This document shows positions 60,106 to 64,000 of a stretch of 64,000 nt of DNA, one piece after another. Made by a program: the position numbers and the translations under genes. The stretch comes from Candidatus Aminicenantes bacterium. Its GTDB lineage: Bacteria; Acidobacteriota; Aminicenantia; UBA2199. The stretch spans positions 64,843 to 128,842 of the forward strand of contig JAFGSF010000062.1 in the NCBI GenBank assembly GCA_016934745.1. The letters run 5' to 3'. The notes under the pieces are model-generated. The model was not told the origin of the DNA, searched no databases, and saw nothing but the letters and a program-made list of their open reading frames with translations. The first letter of the stretch is position 1. Each line of letters opens with the position of its first letter.

Positions 60106-60620
60106 CAATCATTGAAGAAATCACAAATCGCCATTCAATTCGCCAGTACAGCACAAAAGCCATTGAACCTGAAAAAATAGCCCGAATATTGGAAGCCGCC
60201 CGCTTAGCACCCACTGCGCGTAACCAGCAGGATTGGAAATTGGTTTTAGTGAGAAATCCCGATATTAAAGGCAAACTTGTCGATTTAGCTTCACCCCACC
60301 AACAATTCCTAAAAGAAGCACACATCATCATTGCTGCATGTGCTCTGAATCCCACCTATATCATGCGTTGCGGCCATCCCGCTTTTTTGATCGATGTAGC
60401 CATTGTCCTGGAGCATATTGCCTTGCAAGCGGTGCGTGAAGGTTTGGGTACTTGCTGGATTGGTTCTTTCGATGAAAATAAAGCTAGAATGATTTTGGCT
60501 GTTCCTCAAAACACACGTATTGTGGAGCTGATGAGTCTGGGATACCCCGAACATATCCCGTCGACCAAGACGCGAAAATCATTGCAGGAATTAGTCAGCT
60601 GGGATTCATGGCAAGAATAA
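60102..60620 (+). CDS. nitroreductase family protein
   Basis: 172 aa with RHSIRQYSTKAIEPEKIARILEAARLAPTARNQQDWK, the typical FMN nitroreductase N-terminus. Confidence 0.85.
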   Translation: MTIIEEITNRHSIRQYSTKAIEPEKIARILEAARLAPTARNQQDWKLVLVRNPDIKGKLVDLASPHQQFLKEAHIIIAACALNPTYIMRCGHPAFLIDVAIVLEHIALQAVREGLGTCWIGSFDENKARMILAVPQNTRIVELMSLGYPEHIPSTKTRKSLQELVSWDSWQE

Positions 60621-61501
60621 AAAATTTCTCGAATATTATCAACAATGTCTTTGTGATTCACGACACCATGTTTCCCGTTTATATCATTCGTGGCCAAAAA
60701 AAAATATTGGTGGATTGCAGTATCCTTTCCAAAGGTCCACGCATCGAGGAAATCCTTGAAAATATTTTGCAGGATGACAAAATTAACACGGTTTTACTAA
60801 CGCATTCCCATTACGACCACACCGGAGCATGCGCATATTTGCAAGCAACGCACAATTTTGAAATCCTTGCCTCGCAAAGAACCAGGGAAATTCTGCAAAA
60901 CCCAAAAGCCATTGAATTCATCGATAAGCTTAATCAGGGATTCTTTCGTATCCTCGGCCAAGACAGCAAGACCCACGTTACCATGCCTGAAAATATCGTT
61001 ACGGTACATGAAGGAGATAAGATCCCGGTTTCACCGAGCCAATGGCTGCAGGTTTATGAAACTCCCGGGCATTCCCGTTGCTCACTTTCTTTTCTATTGC
61101 AACCTGAAAATATTCTTTTTCCCGGCGATGCGGCAGGGATTATTGAAAAAGACCGGACCATCAAACCGCTTTTTTTATCAAGTTATACACAGTACATCGC
61201 ATCGATTAAAAAATTAAGCGGCTTGGACGCTGAAATACTGGCTTTGCCGCACAACATGATCATTAAGGGACGCAAAAAAATTCAGGCATTTTTCAGACGC
61301 GCGCTAGTGGAAGCACAAAAATTAAAAGACAAGATCTTCCATGAATTGCAGATAAACACCGATTCCAACGCCATCGCCGAAAAACTGTTAGCCAAGGAAT
61401 ATTCTTTCCCAACCGTAGATGGACCACGCGAAGCGCAATTGATTAATTTATCAGCCATGGTCAAATCAATCTATTTCGAACTTGTTAAAACTGTCGAATA
61501 A
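60608..61501 (+). CDS. MBL-fold metallo-hydrolase
   Basis: 297 aa with HxHxDH (THSHYDHTG) and a downstream TPGHS. Confidence 0.85.
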   Translation: MARIKNFSNIINNVFVIHDTMFPVYIIRGQKKILVDCSILSKGPRIEEILENILQDDKINTVLLTHSHYDHTGACAYLQATHNFEILASQRTREILQNPKAIEFIDKLNQGFFRILGQDSKTHVTMPENIVTVHEGDKIPVSPSQWLQVYETPGHSRCSLSFLLQPENILFPGDAAGIIEKDRTIKPLFLSSYTQYIASIKKLSGLDAEILALPHNMIIKGRKKIQAFFRRALVEAQKLKDKIFHELQINTDSNAIAEKLLAKEYSFPTVDGPREAQLINLSAMVKSIYFELVKTVE

Positions 61502-61520
61502 GACCGATATTATTGTATTA

Positions 61521-63851
<2,331 letters not shown>

Positions 63852-63855
<4 letters not shown>

Positions 63856-64000
63856 TTCACAATTTTTTCATCCACTCCCCGGTTCTTACTCTCCAAAGCT
63901 TTCATTTCCATTTGGCATGATCCTTGAAAAAATGCCCCTTCTTCAATAATTAATTTTGGTGTGGTAACGGTGCCGATCACCCGGCCCTTGGAAAATATTT
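63852..64000 (-). CDS. bactofilin-family cytoskeletal protein, C-terminal 48 codons (5' end beyond the window)
   Basis: Own translation gives ...IFSKGRVIGTVTTPKLIIEEGAFFQGSCQMEMKALESKNRGVDEKIVK*, a bactofilin beta-helix repeat pattern. ATGA overlap with the kdsB start. Not in the ORF track. Confidence 0.6.

Overview
64 kb chromosomal segment from a diderm (Gram-negative-type) bacterium: lnt, kdsB, a TonB-dependent receptor and outer-membrane beta-barrels are all present. I cannot assign a phylum from sequence alone. I found no rRNA, tRNA, CRISPR array, transposase, integrase or recognisable defence genes. About 60 CDS are supportable. Positions 1-37 kb are mostly housekeeping and envelope genes: acyl-CoA ligase, M50 protease, trpS, scpAB, hisC, lpdA, an NfeD-stomatin-SPOR-lnt block, nadA, a TatT-type TRAP transporter, glgA-trxA-trxB, an ECF sigma/anti-sigma/DUF4097 operon, alr, and a cobalamin-riboswitch-controlled btuB/F/D/C-like uptake operon. 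The most unusual part is about 37.6-59.3 kb. It is an envelope-modification island with one GtrB/ArnC-like GT2 and four 540-820 aa GT-C-like polytopic membrane proteins. It also holds a carbamoyltransferase-SxtJ-DUF5989 cassette, an LbH acyltransferase, an SDR epimerase, SGNH and alpha/beta esterases, a periplasmic-adaptor (HlyD-like) protein fused to an outer-membrane beta-barrel, and two paralogous secreted BNR-like/Fn3 proteins. It has no Wzx/Wzy/Wza-type polysaccharide export genes. A second recurring signal is near-consensus sigma70 promoters placed 6-8 nt upstream of ATG start codons, seen nine times, which implies leaderless mRNAs for operon-first genes. Base composition and third-codon-position usage swing strongly between neighbouring genes. 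The window ends with pyrG, kdsB and a partial bactofilin gene.
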